Positions 25,496 to 37,934 of a stretch of DNA of 64,000 nt are shown here, piece after piece (positions within the stretch are counted from its first letter, which is position 1; every line of letters starts with the position of its first letter). A program made the position numbers and the translations under genes. The DNA lies in assembly GCA_951406725.2 (NCBI GenBank), contig OX597827.1, positions 56,482,001 to 56,546,000 on the forward strand. Direction: 5' to 3'. This stretch comes from Octopus vulgaris. Its lineage: Eukaryota. Under the pieces are notes generated by a model, which saw only the letters and a program-made list of their open reading frames with translations, was not told the origin of the DNA and ran no database searches.

Positions 25496-26402
25496 TGATA
25501 TCTAAGGTCAGCGTCCTGGGTGAAATAGGAGTCTGCTAGACTGGTTCTTAGGTAGGCTGGAGTGGGGTGTTGGTGATATTTTATTATAGAAGGCTTAGAG
25601 CAGTGGTTAGCTAGGAGAGGTCCTAATATAAAGAAAGAAAGAACAACGCAAAAGTTAGGGTGAAGAAAAATAAAAGCATACAAGCCAATTAGGCACAGGG
25701 TTGGGGTTTAGGATTCGCTAGCTAAAGCTAAGGGAGGAGGGTAGAAATACACAGAATTTAGGGGTATTCTTTGGATATTGGTTGAATGTTAGGGGATGGG
25801 TATGACGGCAATCGAATAAGATCTAACATTGATGGAAAGATGTAGGATGTTGTTTTATATTAGAAAATATATATAGGTTAGTGTGGACTGACTACTTGTA
25901 ATATTAGGACATGTTTGCCTGGAGAGGGAAAAGCTGGTAGTAATAGTAGAGTACTATTTATCATTAAGGAGTTTAAAGAAAGATAGGGTTATATAATAAA
26001 CTATACCTTGTAAGAAGTTAGAGGAAATACCAGATCAGATATCGAAGAGAGCCAGCAATAAGGAGTAGTCTAATGATTAACAATATGGAATGTTATACAG
26101 GTGGCATTGATAGTATTCAGTTAGATACTATAATCATCGTGCATGTTTGAGTTTGTTCCTCCCCCGCCACTTGGCAACTGATGTTGGTTTGTTTCCATGC
26201 CTGTAACTTAGCAGTTTACTCTTACTTGTTTCAGTCATTTGACTGCAGCCTTTAGTCGAGCAAATCAACCCCAGGACTTATTCTTTGGAAGCTTAGTACT
26301 TATTCTATCGGTCTCTTTTGCCAAATCACTAAGTTACAGGGATGTAAACACACCAGCATCGGTTCTCAAGCGATGTTGGTGGGGACAAACACAGACACAA
26401 AA

Positions 26403-26449
<47 letters not shown>

Positions 26450-28113
26450 CATACGACAGGCTTCTTTCAGTTTCCGTCTACCAAATCCACTCCCAAGGCT
26501 TTGGTTGGCCCAAGGCTATAACAGAAGGCACTTGCCCAAGGTGCCACGCAGTGGGAATGAACCCGGAACCATGTGGCTGGTAAGCAGGCTACTTACCACA
26601 CAGCCACTCATAAAAAAAAAATGACCAGATTTAGGAATAAGTCCTGGAGTTGATTTGTTTAACTAAACACCTCAAGATGATACCCTGGTAAAGCTGCCTG
26701 GCTATCATCTCGAGGTATACCCTGGCATAACTGCAATCCACTGAGTGAAAGAAGTAAAAATATAAACAAGTGTAAAGAATTTAATGGGTTTAGAATGCAA
26801 AAATTCTTTCACCCGTAAATTAAGGAACTTGTAAACTTTGAATCCAAAGAAAAAGAATTTTAACACTGCATCAACTATTTCTCCCAACCCTAAACAACCA
26901 CAGGCGACCTTTCAAGTAACTCTCAACATTTACATATAGACAAAACAAAAATATATAACTGATTAGTGCCACACACACACACACACTTAATACTCTTTTC
27001 AGTCAACTTCACCAAAACATGCAGAAATCTAGCAACACCATAAACATGTAAAAATTAATACTTCCTTCTCCAAGCCTAGATTCAAAACTGAATCTAAGAA
27101 TCCTCGGTAGTCCAAACCACCATGATCAACAGGCACAAAAAAAGGTTTTCTTTGTCCTGTCAAAAAGTGATCGATCATCTCCTTTTGACCTACGACCTCA
27201 GCCATGTCAGGTGAAGTTCAAATGGACAGGAGCTGACCTATTTGGGCACAATCTCTGCTGCAGTATGTCCGTCCTTCTAGCTGCCATGATTATTATAAAT
27301 ATGGTGGTCAGCAGAGGGACAGACAAGAAAGGTCTACGACATGAAAGTAGATTTTGGCAGACCACAGAGACTGAGAGAAATGTTCGAAGTTCCATGGAAG
27401 ACTACTGTCTCAGATGAACTACGCACACATACACACACATATTCATTTCTTATTTCCTATTTCTTTATTGCCCACAAGGGGCTAAACATAGAGGGAACAA
27501 ACAAGGATAGACAAAAGGATTAAGTTGATTACATCGACCCCAGTGCGTAATGGGTACTTAATTTGTTGACCCCGAAAGGATGAAAGGCACAGTCGACCAC
27601 AGCAGAATTTGAACTCAGAACATATTCATTTCTGACACATCACTTCCACAGATGCACCCTGTTTCTATTTCTAGCAACTCGTAGTAGTTGTCAACATTTT
27701 GCATGTAGTGAAGAATATTGTGTACGAACGACAAATTAAGTCCAGTGAATAAATTATTTTAACTATGAATCGATTCATTAATTTGTTTACTTCAAAGTCA
27801 TTCGCATTCATCTCGCATTTTTTTCAGCTGATACACATTTAACCACTACAAACATAAAAGCATAGAAACTAACCTCACAACTGAAAATAGGAAAAACCCA
27901 GAAAACACGTCATCATAGGCACACCCTACATTACCTTCAAGGATCATAAAGTGACTTTTCTTTCTGATCTTAACTTCAGAATAATAAAAGCTACTGAAAA
28001 GGAACTAGGCCAGCAAACATATTCTCAATGCTATTAATGCTATGAGACCAGCACAAATGACCCACAATCCTATGGCAACTAAATGGTTCAATAGGATATA
28101 AACAAACAACAGA

Positions 28114-28342
28114 TTAACTCATTTGTTACCAACCCAGCCGAAACCGGCTCTGGCTCTGTAGTACAAATATCTTGTTTTCATAAGTTTTGAATTAAAATCT
28201 TCCACCAAATCTTCGTCACAATTTATGTTCCTAACACTAGCTTAATGATAACTAAGTTATTTTACTAAATTCTTTGTTATATTTAAAGTAATTGAAAGAA
28301 ACACAGAGCATCTCAAAATAAATACAGTAACGAAAGGGTTAA
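28114..28342. mobile_element. TTAA-type (piggyBac-like) MITE, family P1
   Basis: TTAA at both ends, TIR ttaactcatttgtta / taacgaaagggttaa, 229 bp. Confidence 0.8.
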
Positions 28343-28964
28343 GCTATTACAATGCTGTTTTTCTACCCATTTAAGTCTAAATCTCTTCAATATTCAAGAG
28401 AATAATCACTACCTTTAGCAATCTCAACACTCGGATAATGATTCTATTTTTGGCACAAGGTCAGCAATTGATTTTAGGGGAGGAGGCAAGTTGATTACAT
28501 CAACATCAGCACTTGACTGCTACTCTTTATTCTATTGACCCAGAAAGGATGAAAAGTAAAGTCAATATTAGTGGCATTTGAACTCAGAATGTTAAGCTAG
28601 AAGAAATATTAATTTCAAGCTTTGGCACAAGACCAGCAATTTTGAGTAGTTATGGTGGGTGGTTATGTTGATTACATCAATGCAGTGTTCAACTGGCATT
28701 GAAATAAGTGGTGGTGTCACTGGTTCAGTTGCCGATGGCCAAATCATGCAATTGGTTGTAACTGGGTAGCTGGGTTACATTATTACTAGTAGCACTCAAG
28801 AGTGATCAGACATAACATATATGTAATTTATATAAAGTTTTTCTGTTTTCTTTTTCATTTTCTGGCGTTTTCAACCTTCCACCTCTTGTATCTACTTCCT
28901 ACTTGCCTTTTCTTGTATTTTCTCATTCTGTCGTCCTGTTTTAGCTTGTTATACCATGTGGCCA

Positions 28965-29049
28965 GAGCCTGAAGATTGCATGAAGGCACCAGATGTGTTA
29001 TTAAATACTGTCTCAGTTGTTTTTCATCGCATGAAACTATTAGTAGCTC
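28965..29049 (+). ncRNA. Type-I hammerhead ribozyme motif with enlarged stem II
   Basis: GAGC-[CUGAAGA]-UUGCAUGAA...UUCAUCGCAU-[GAAA]-CUA U UAG-[UA]-GCUC. Confidence 0.7.
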
Positions 29050-29149
29050 ATAAAAAAATATACTGTGTTTATTAAATAATATTTATCTCTCACCAGATGG
29101 AGTTTTTTTTTTGTTGATCTTACCATCATGGAACAGTACACTATACATA

Positions 29150-29785
29150 CAGGATGTGATGGGTAAATTGTCACCATTTTATATATTTAATTTTGCACAT
29201 GTGCTTTGTTTTTGATTTTGTCAACTACATTGTATAGTAGGGTCAGTTGAGCACCGTCTGTGAGAAAAACATCACCGTGATGCAATTCACTCTGTCAGAT
29301 TGCACTGAAGCTCCAATATGAACATTTCAGAGTGTTTGGGTGTCAATCTGAGGACAGTGCAGAGGATTCAGAAAGAGTTGGATGAATATAATGATGATTA
29401 CGAAGGTACAGCAGCTTGGAAAATTTAATCTGTTCCGATAAGAAAAGAACTGAATTTGTTGGTGAGCTCCAGGCCATGATTGACAATGAGCCCTCCAAGT
29501 CAATCAGGTCCATCGATCGGGCACATGGGTGTGCCTGAGTTTCTTATCAGGCAGGTAGTGCATGAAGACATTTCATATTCCTCATACAAGATGAGAAAGG
29601 GCCAATTTTTATCCCAAGCCATCAAGGACAAGAGGAAAGACCATGCTACAAAGCTTTTGAACAAACTCAAGCATCCCCCTCAACCAAACATACTTTGGTT
29701 TCTCTCAGACAAAAATTTCTGCCAGGATCAGATGGTGAATGCATAGAACAACCATTGACTTGCCATGTGCCCAAAACATGTACTA
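29150..29785 (+). pseudogene. Decayed Tc1/mariner-superfamily transposon, 5' half
   Basis: TA|CAGG start; frameshifted transposase-like text PSKSIRSI..MGVPEFLIRQVVHEDI.Y.SYK...KLLNKLKH...WFLSDK (first catalytic D region, FSDEK-like). Confidence 0.75.
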
Positions 29786-29964
29786 AATCTGAATATTATT
29801 TTTTTCTCTTCAATTTGTTATAATGCTGTCTCATCCTACTTTTGACTATCTATATATGGCAGTCCAATGTGGAACAAGAATCACTATTTCTACATCAAGT
29901 AACTTTTCATCTGTACACTATGATTAGTAACTCTGACATGAGAACCACATATAAATATAATGAA

Positions 29965-30800
29965 ATTATTGTATACAGTGCTCAGGTGCACCACAACTTG
30001 TCAGAAAGTGCATATAAAGTACATGCAGTAATGTAGAAATGTCTGGAAAGTGAACAGTGTATGAGTCAGATACATGCTTGTGTGTGTATGGAGGGGAGAA
30101 AATCAAGTGTAGTGTTGGCGAATCTCAGGAAGCATGGAAGTTTTGAAGGATGCAGTGCTCCGACAACTAACAACTGATGCCGGCAGTTTGTTCCATGCTT
30201 CAGCAACTCTCAGCGTGAAAAAATGTTTCCTGAAGTCATGGGAGCTGTGCTGTTTTCTTACTTTGTAAATATGTCCACGGGTGTTAGATGGGTAGAGTTT
30301 GAAAAGGTGCTCAGAGTTATTGTTTGTACGATGGTTGATAATTTTATGGGTGTCTGCCAAGTCAGCTGCCAGACGTCGGAGTTTCAATGTGTCCATGCCC
30401 AGGGAAGTAAGGCGTTCAGGATATGGCAAATGCCTGATGGCAGGTATTCTTTTGGTTGCACGGGATATGGCAAATGTCTGATGGAGGGTATTCTTTTGGT
30501 TGCACGGGATATGGCAAATGTCTGATGGCGGGTATTCTTTTGGTTGCACGGGATATGGCAAATGCCTGATGGCGGGTATTCTTTTGGTTGCACGGGATAT
30601 GGCAAATGTCTGATGGAGGGTATTCTTTTGGTTGCACGGGATATGGCAAATGCCTGATGGCGGGTATTCTTTTGGTTGCACGGGATATGGCAAATGTCTG
30701 ATGGAGGGTATTCTTTTGGTTGCACGGGATATGGCAAATGCCTGATGGCGGGTATTCTTTTGGTTGCACGGGATATGGCAAATGTCTGATGGAGGGTATA
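29965..30800 (-). mobile_element. 5'-truncated CR1-clade LINE 3' end
   Basis: RATKRIPAIRHLPYPERLTSLGMDTLKLRRL...TRGHIYKV...FRKHFFTLRVAEAWNKLP, typical of the CR1 ORF2 C-terminus. Confidence 0.85.
30419..30799. repeat. 44-bp tandem repeat (~8.7 copies) made of CR1 ORF2 sequence
   Basis: Unit ggatatggcaaatg(c/t)ctgatgg(c/a)gggtattcttttggttgcacg at 30419, 30463, ... 30771. Confidence 0.95.
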
Positions 30801-31154
30801 TGTACATTACATTTGGCAACCTCGATGTAAAAAAAATTTCTTAATATATGCTATGTATATATATATATATATATAATTAATTGAAGACTGTTTGATTTTG
30901 TTATTTTTCTTCTTTTGCCTATGTGAGTTACAAGTATTGTTATCTGTGGAGTAATATCTGTAGTTAAAAGGAATAAGCTGTCTTTGGCTGCTATTTCAAA
31001 ACTTTCGGTATGTGTTTAAGCAACTTGTTGCTTAAACCCTTAATTATATTTATACATATATATATATATTTTCTTTTTCAAAATGTAACCACATGTGGAT
31101 GATTGGTGATTTTTTTCCTCCGTTTTCTTTTTCTCTTGTACTCTCCCCCGTCTC

Positions 31155-31195
31155 CTGCTTTTGACGAAGAGCTTTGCTCGGAACATAAAAACTAC
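31155..31195 (+). ncRNA. Decayed minimal hammerhead motif
   Basis: uUGACGA-A GAGC uuu GCUC-GgAA-CaUA; three substitutions from a CUGACGA...GAAACGUA core. Confidence 0.45.
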
Positions 31196-31387
31196 CTTTC
31201 TTTCCTTCCCTTAGCGTCTGCTAATACTTTGCATGTACCATGTCCTTGCACTGTTATTTTTTTCTTGTTGTGCTTGTTCTTCATTTTTGGGGGGATTATA
31301 TATATATATCATCATCGTTTGACATCCGTCTTTCATATATATATATACACATACATACACATACATAGCTATTTATCTGTCTGTCTG

Positions 31388-31465
<78 letters not shown>

Positions 31466-31569
31466 CAAGCAGGCAGACAGATATATATATACACGAGAGA
31501 AAGAAAGAGGGGAAGTTGGATGGCCTAATGTCTCAAGTAATGATCAACTACAATGTAAAGCTACAAATT

Positions 31570-31850
31570 TGGGTATACCAACCCAAGTGGCCACCCCCTC
31601 AGACTTTGTTTCCTCTAACTTCCAGAAAAATTAGTAATTTTTTAATGAAATTTTCTACAAATATGCTTTAGAAGGTGTACATTCCGATTAGTGTTGTGAA
31701 AACGTTTTCCAAGGGTGGGGAGAGGAATTTCGGAAAATTCACTGGAGTTAGCTTTGTTTCCCCATAACTTTCAGAAAATAGATATTTTTAAATGAAATTT
31801 TCTATAAATGTCTTTCAGATGGTGTACATTACGATTGTTTTGGAATTTAA

Positions 31851-31892
<42 letters not shown>

Positions 31893-32350
31893 TAAATGGC
31901 GGTGCCCCAGCATGGCCACAGCTCGTGAGCTGAAACTAGATAAAATAAATAAATAAAATATATATATATAAATGGTGGGCTCGCACGTCTACATGCTGAT
32001 ACACATTAAAATTTTTTTTCGAAATTTCAAGTTTCATTTTGTGATGTATGTCGCTATGTATGTGTAAGTACCCTCTAATCGTAATCTACACAATCCCAAA
32101 GGTATTTGTAGAAAATTTCATTAAAAAAATACCTATTTTCTGAAAGTTATGAGGAAACAAAGCCGACTTTTGTGAATTTTTCAGAATCCCCTTCCCACCC
32201 ACCCCCCTTAAAATTTTTTCCAAGAAATTCCGTTATAATTAATCCGTACCATCTGAAGTATATTTGTAAAAAAAAAAAAAAAAAAATTCCTTAAAAAATA
32301 CTAATTTTTCTGGAAGTTATGAGGAAACAAATTCGGTTACTCATATACAC
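31570..32350. mobile_element. Fold-back element with ~250-bp internally duplicated inverted arms
   Basis: tttgtttcc..taactt.cagaaaa..ag..tttt.aatgaaattttcta occurs twice in the left arm and twice, inverted, in the right arm. Confidence 0.6.
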
Positions 32351-32659
32351 TTGTGTTTCCAAATTTATTTCCTTTTTCCGTCTAACATGAAAATTTCAAT
32401 TACTTTAATTTTTTTTTTTTTTGCGCAGGGTGGTATTCAGTACCTCATCCTATAATTTGATTTTCTAAATTTCATGCCATTGGCCCATTTGACTTACTTC
32501 CCTTCGTTCATTCCATATTCTCTGGTCTTATTAGAAGACAAAAACAACAACAACGAAAGGAAGAAGAAAATTTTAAAAAATTCAAAAACAAAACCACCAT
32601 CCACTATCCTCTCGCTCGGGCCACTTTTAAACTGCGTGCTTATAACAAGCCAATACCGG

Positions 32660-32771
32660 TGTTTTGTTTTTGTTATTTTCTAACCGTCGTTTCTGCTACC
32701 TCGCCGTGCTCTCTTTCGCTGCCTCACCTTTTCTGTTGTATTTTGTTTTAATTGTATATTATTATTCCAAG
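32660..32771 (+). other. Putative non-coding first exon of the orphan gene whose CDS starts at 39953
   Basis: Locally CpG-containing, pyrimidine-rich stretch ending CAAG|gtaagc (strong donor). The start is approximate and the link to the 39943 acceptor is inferred. Confidence 0.45.
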
Positions 32772-33246
32772 GTAAGCACATCAAATATTTAACAATTTTA
32801 TTTACAAAATTTTAATTTTCCATTATATATAAACGAAAAAAAACAACAACCCCAACGCCAGTTATCGTTAGCAAGTGCTTGTCATACAAATTTAAACGGG
32901 CACTTCTAGTTGTTATCATTTGTGAATGAACCAACCAGTTTTGTGTATCTTTTATTTATTATTCTTTTTTTGTCATGCTTAAACGAATTTTTAATATTGT
33001 TTTAGATGTGGATGTTATATGTTATTGTAGCTTTCGTTTAAGGGCAGTGAAAATAATGAAGAATGGTTGAAAGACAGCCGAATCAGTTAAAGCGTCATAA
33101 TTGCATACATTACTGTATCTAGAGGTACCTCCCATCGACTCTGTTTCCAAATAACTTTCCGAAAAAAATGCATATATTTAAACGAAATTTTGCAGGGCTA
33201 CAATTTTCGAGGGTGTAGATTACAATTATGCTGATAACATAAAAAA

Positions 33247-33295
<49 letters not shown>

Positions 33296-35289
33296 ACTTC
33301 GGTCATTTCGGTTCAGTGTTCAAATCCTATCGACGGTCTGGTTCGTGTTTAATTTCTCCAAGTAATATTGACCACGTACTTGTTATGTGTATGGTTGAGG
33401 TGGTCCATTAGCATTTCCCCATTTCTGCGATAATTGACCGCACCCTCCTTAAATGCTAAACAAAGAAACCATTATTGTTGATACAGTGGTCAGCGACGTG
33501 GAGCAAAGCCGATATTACGACGTAAAACCTTTTCCTTCAGAATTCCTTGCCCCGCATAACAAAGACATTTGTCGAACGCAGTGTAGACTTAGTCGTAAAT
33601 AGAAATAATTTCACTTCACTCTCAATCTTCCCACAACTGTCCTCCCACTTTACAAATAAATGTGTGAACATTACACAAATTCTCCCCTTTTACCACAATT
33701 TCGTAGCCTTCGTACCTAACGGATGAATATTTTCCCTTATGGGTTCCCCCATCTATATTTTCTGTTTTCCTTTTTATTGTTGCTTAACCTCTTTTCAGCC
33801 CTCGCTGAACAAACTTCTGACAAAATGTGTCCAACCGTACTATTCTAGTCTTTTTTTTTTTTTGGTCTGATATTGGACAACATAATCCTAAACATACAAT
33901 GTGTCCGCTTTCTTTTAAGACAGTCGTATATGGTTTGATTTGGCTATTTATTTGCTTGTAGGTCGAAGGACTATTCATTAGTCCCCACCACCAAACTTGG
34001 ATTGCGACTATACTGGGTCACCACCAGTACTCATTTTTAAAATCTAGTACTTATTCTATTGGTCTGTTTTGTCGAACTGCAAAGTTACAGAGACTTAAAC
34101 AAATCAACACCAATTGTCAAATGGCAGGGAAAGGCACAAATACAAAGGCGCACATACATATACGACAGGTTTCCAAACAGTTTCCGTCTACCGAGTTCAC
34201 TCACAAGGCATTGGTTAGCCCGTGGCTGTAGTAGTAGAAGACATTTATCTGAGGTGCTGTTCAGTGGGACTGAACCCGAAGCTATGTGGTTGTGAAGCAA
34301 TCATCTTAACCACATGCAATGCCTTTTATTTTAAAAAAGTACAAAAAAATTGGAGCGCGCGTGCGTGTATGTATGTGTACGTATATATATTTATATGAAG
34401 TGTTTTTATCTCATTGTTAAAAAAAAATATTTGTCCCATCTGTCACCTGTCAATTGCCAACGATTTTATCGTTTAAAAAAAAATGCATTTTTGCTTTCAT
34501 ATAATGTGCCAAATAGACATTGCTTTTGTTGTTAGTCAAAATAATGTGTAATTTTCATTGCTTTTCTTGTAGCTGTTGTTTCTTCAATCTAAGATAACTG
34601 ACCATTATTAGCACTTTATTAACATCAATTCCACTTGGCATTTTAGCAACTATTCAAACAGTTGTTATATTTTCTTTAGACGGAATTTTGTAGACATAAA
34701 CTATACAAACCCTCTATGTGTGTGTGCATGTGCACTTTCACACACATACTCATGTTTATCAATCAGAGTAATGAGGATCATCTTGTCATCCTTAAGGCTG
34801 ACTTTGTTCAAAGTGAAGAATAGTTGTGTACCATCAACTTCACCCTGTCATATGTGATCATCTTCAATCCAGTGGCAAGACCAGGTCAAGAAGATAAGGG
34901 ATGGAAACAGATGCAGTGGATGACCATGATATCCACATCTTATGCTCTTCATTCTTCAATGCCCTGCTACAGCATTTCCCCCTTCTGTTGATCTATGATG
35001 GTTTCTTGCACACAGTGTTCTGGATCCAGTCTTTATATGCATTGGTAGACAAACCTTAATAGGTTAATTAACTCCTAGCTGAGATCCTGACAGGTGCTAC
35101 TACCCTGGATCAGTGTAGACCTAAGAGGTTGTTCCACACTTTTCAGAACCCTGGAACTCTCAAGCCAGACTCCTCTTCCTCACAATTGGGTTTGGGACAT
35201 TGGAGAAACATGTCTGGTCACACATAGACTTCTTTGTCAAGTCTTGCATCATCACATCTCTGTTCTAGTCAACTGAGACAAGGATCTCA

Positions 35290-35551
35290 TATCAACGGTG
35301 AAATCGAAACACTTAAATGGTATCACCTGAAATGTCCAAGGCATTTATTGGATATCAGCTGGAAATTTTTTATGTCTGACTCAGAAGAGTTGGAAAATAC
35401 TGGTTGTCTCATCATATGTGATGGGTTAGTCATGTCATTCATCTTGATAATTCCAGGCTCCTGAATTAAAATGTCATGGTGAATTAGTTTTTAGTAACTG
35501 TCCACAGCACAAACCAAAGACGAAATTTTGTGATGCCACAACAAAACATGC
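35290..35551 (+). pseudogene. Degraded RTE-clade LINE remnant
   Basis: LKWYHLKCPRHLLDISWKFFMSDSEELENTG resembles the RTE motif LERFHxRCLRxILxISWxDxVxNxEVL; split at TTAA by a MITE. Confidence 0.6.
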
Positions 35552-35780
35552 TTAACCCTTTCGTTATTGTATTTATTTTGAAGGGCTCTGTGTTTCTTTC
35601 AATTACATTAAATATAACAAAGAAGTTAGTAAAATAACTGAGTTATCATTCAGCTAGTGTTAGGAACATAATTTGTGACTAAGTTTTGGTGGAAGATTTT
35701 AATTCAAAACTTATGAAAGCAAGGCATTTGTACTACAGAGCCAGAGCTGGTTTCAGCCGGGTTGGTAACAAAAGGGTTAA
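35552..35780. mobile_element. TTAA-type MITE, family P1 (opposite orientation), inserted in an RTE remnant
   Basis: ttaaccctttcgtta...taacaaaagggttaa; reverse complement of the 28114 copy. Confidence 0.8.
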
Positions 35781-37077
35781 ATCCTTGAATATCAACACTA
35801 TTGGTTAGCAGCATTTTGAATACAAGCAAAAAGAAGAACAATGTGAAGTTTGAGAAAACTCAAATTGTCCAAGCATTGCTGTGGGTGTTGGTGTCATGAT
35901 AAAAGCACCCAATACATTCTGTGAAGTGGTTAGCATTATGAAGAGCATCTAGCCATAGAAACTAGGCCAAAACAAACTATGGAACCTGGTGTGGACCCTG
36001 GCCTTGCCAGTTCCTGTCAAGCCATCCCACCCATGCCAGCACGGAAGACAAACTTTAAATGTTGATTTTGATATGGTAGAAGATCAAGAGGTGATCTCAA
36101 TTGCACTTTGTAGTTACATCACACTTTCAAATGCCAGCATGTTATGTTATCCATCCATGAAAGGTTGCACATGATGCTTTTATGCCAACAGTTATACTGG
36201 AACACTGCTGTCCTTTACATGCAAAAGTGTGTTAGCTGCTGCTGAACTGAAAATCCATTTCAGACAAATGCACAATAACAGAGTTGCTGTTAATGAGATA
36301 CATGACAAAATTCCATGCTAATATATATATATGCTGCTGGACTGGCTCCTGTGCAGGTGGCACATAAAAAGCACCATTTGAGCATGGCCGTTGCCAGTAC
36401 CACCTAACTGGCCCTCGTGCCGGTGGCACATAAAAGCATCCACTACACTCTGAGTGGTTGGCATTAGGAAGGGCATCCAGCTGTAGAAACTCTGCCAGAT
36501 CAGATTGGAGTCTGGTTCGCCAGCCCTCAGTCAAATCGTCCAACCCATGCTAGCATGGAAAGCAGACGTTAAATGATGATAATGATGATGTAATAATAGG
36601 TGCAGGTGTGGCTGTGTGGTAAGATGCTTGCTTCTGAGTTCAGTCCCATTGTGTGGCAACTTGGGTGAGTGTCTTCTGCTAAGGCCTCGGGCTGACTGAA
36701 GCCTTGAGAGTAGATTTGGTAATATGGAAATGGAAAGAAGCATGTCATGTGAATGTGTATGTGTGTGTATATGTGTGTGTGACTTTGTATCTGTTTTTGT
36801 TCCCCCCCCCCCCACTTGACAACTGGTGTTGGTGTGTTTACATCCCCATATCTTAGCTGTTTGGCAAAGGGGGGCCAAGAGAATAAGTACCAGGCTTTAA
36901 AAAAAAAAAAAGGACTGGGGTCAATTCATTCAAATTAAAATTCTTTAAGGCAGTGCTCCAGCATGGTCACAGTTTCGTGACTGAAACAAGTAAAAGACAA
37001 TAACTTAAAACTAAATTAGGGCCAGGTAGTCATCTGTGAATACAGACATACACACCTCTTTTACTATTCACATACAG

Positions 37078-37341
37078 CTAGCTGGCATTCAATTGGCGTA
37101 TCGAGTTTCGGGCGTTTTGATTGGGTCTTGGATAGAAAATTCACAAAAAAGTCACTTCTATTGATTTTTTTAATGGCTTTGCGGGGTGACTGGGGAAATG
37201 TAAAGATGTGCACGACCACCCTTGGACGGTTTTGAATGACCATAGAAAGTGCGAGCCTTCTAACTGAAAAATTGTGGATTTGTATAAAGGACACTCACAC
37301 ACACAGATAGACAGACATTTTGCCATTTATATATAGAGAGA
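37078..37341 (-). mobile_element. Non-autonomous Helitron (short copy)
   Basis: Reverse complement of the 11741 5' region, A|TCTCTCTATATATAAA start; ends at a CTAG. Confidence 0.6.
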
Positions 37342-37527
37342 TTAAACACAGCTAGTCCAGAAACCTTTTGATACCATTTTGTACAATAAACTCATGCACA
37401 TACACACACACTCACACATAATCTCATGTGTCTATGTTTATGTTTACATTGATCTAAATAACACAAGTGTTCTGTTGTATGCCTATCTATCCATAGTCTA
37501 GAAGTTCAACAAGTAGAGTTGATGAAA

Positions 37528-37934
37528 TCTCTATATCTATAAACAGCAAAATATCTGTATACCTGTGTGTCCGTGTGTCCTTTATACAAATCCATAGTTT
37601 TTCATGTAAAGGGCTCACATTTTCCACGGGCTTTCAAAACTGTCTGAGGGTTGTTGTGAAGATCTTTTCATTTCCCCAGTCACCCCAGAAAGCTCTTAAA
37701 AAAAAAATTGATAAACCGATCCCTTATGCCCATAAGTTATGGGCATTGCCGAAGTCCAATGAATATTAATTACTCTCATAAAAAGCTTCAACTAGCTCAT
37801 AAACAACAAAACTGGCCCTGGCTGAAATGTGATAAGAAACTTAGCTCTTGATTTAATGAGAAATTTTCACTGCGATCCAGCAACGAACAACAAGCACTAG
37901 CACAAGACCCGGCAACGCTGGGTTATAGAGCTAG
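37528..37934 (+). mobile_element. Non-autonomous Helitron
   Basis: A|TC start, hairpin acccggcaacgctgggt, CTAG|T end. Confidence 0.75.

Noticed and set aside
25500-26050. Possible Penelope or other LINE coding remnant
   Set aside because: No recognisable RT or GIY-YIG motif in the frames I could read; left unclassified.
30103-30819. 238-aa ORF with repeats, or a CRISPR-like array
   Set aside because: The repeats are contiguous with no unique spacers, and the ORF is a truncated CR1 ORF2 tail cycling through frames via a 44-bp unit.
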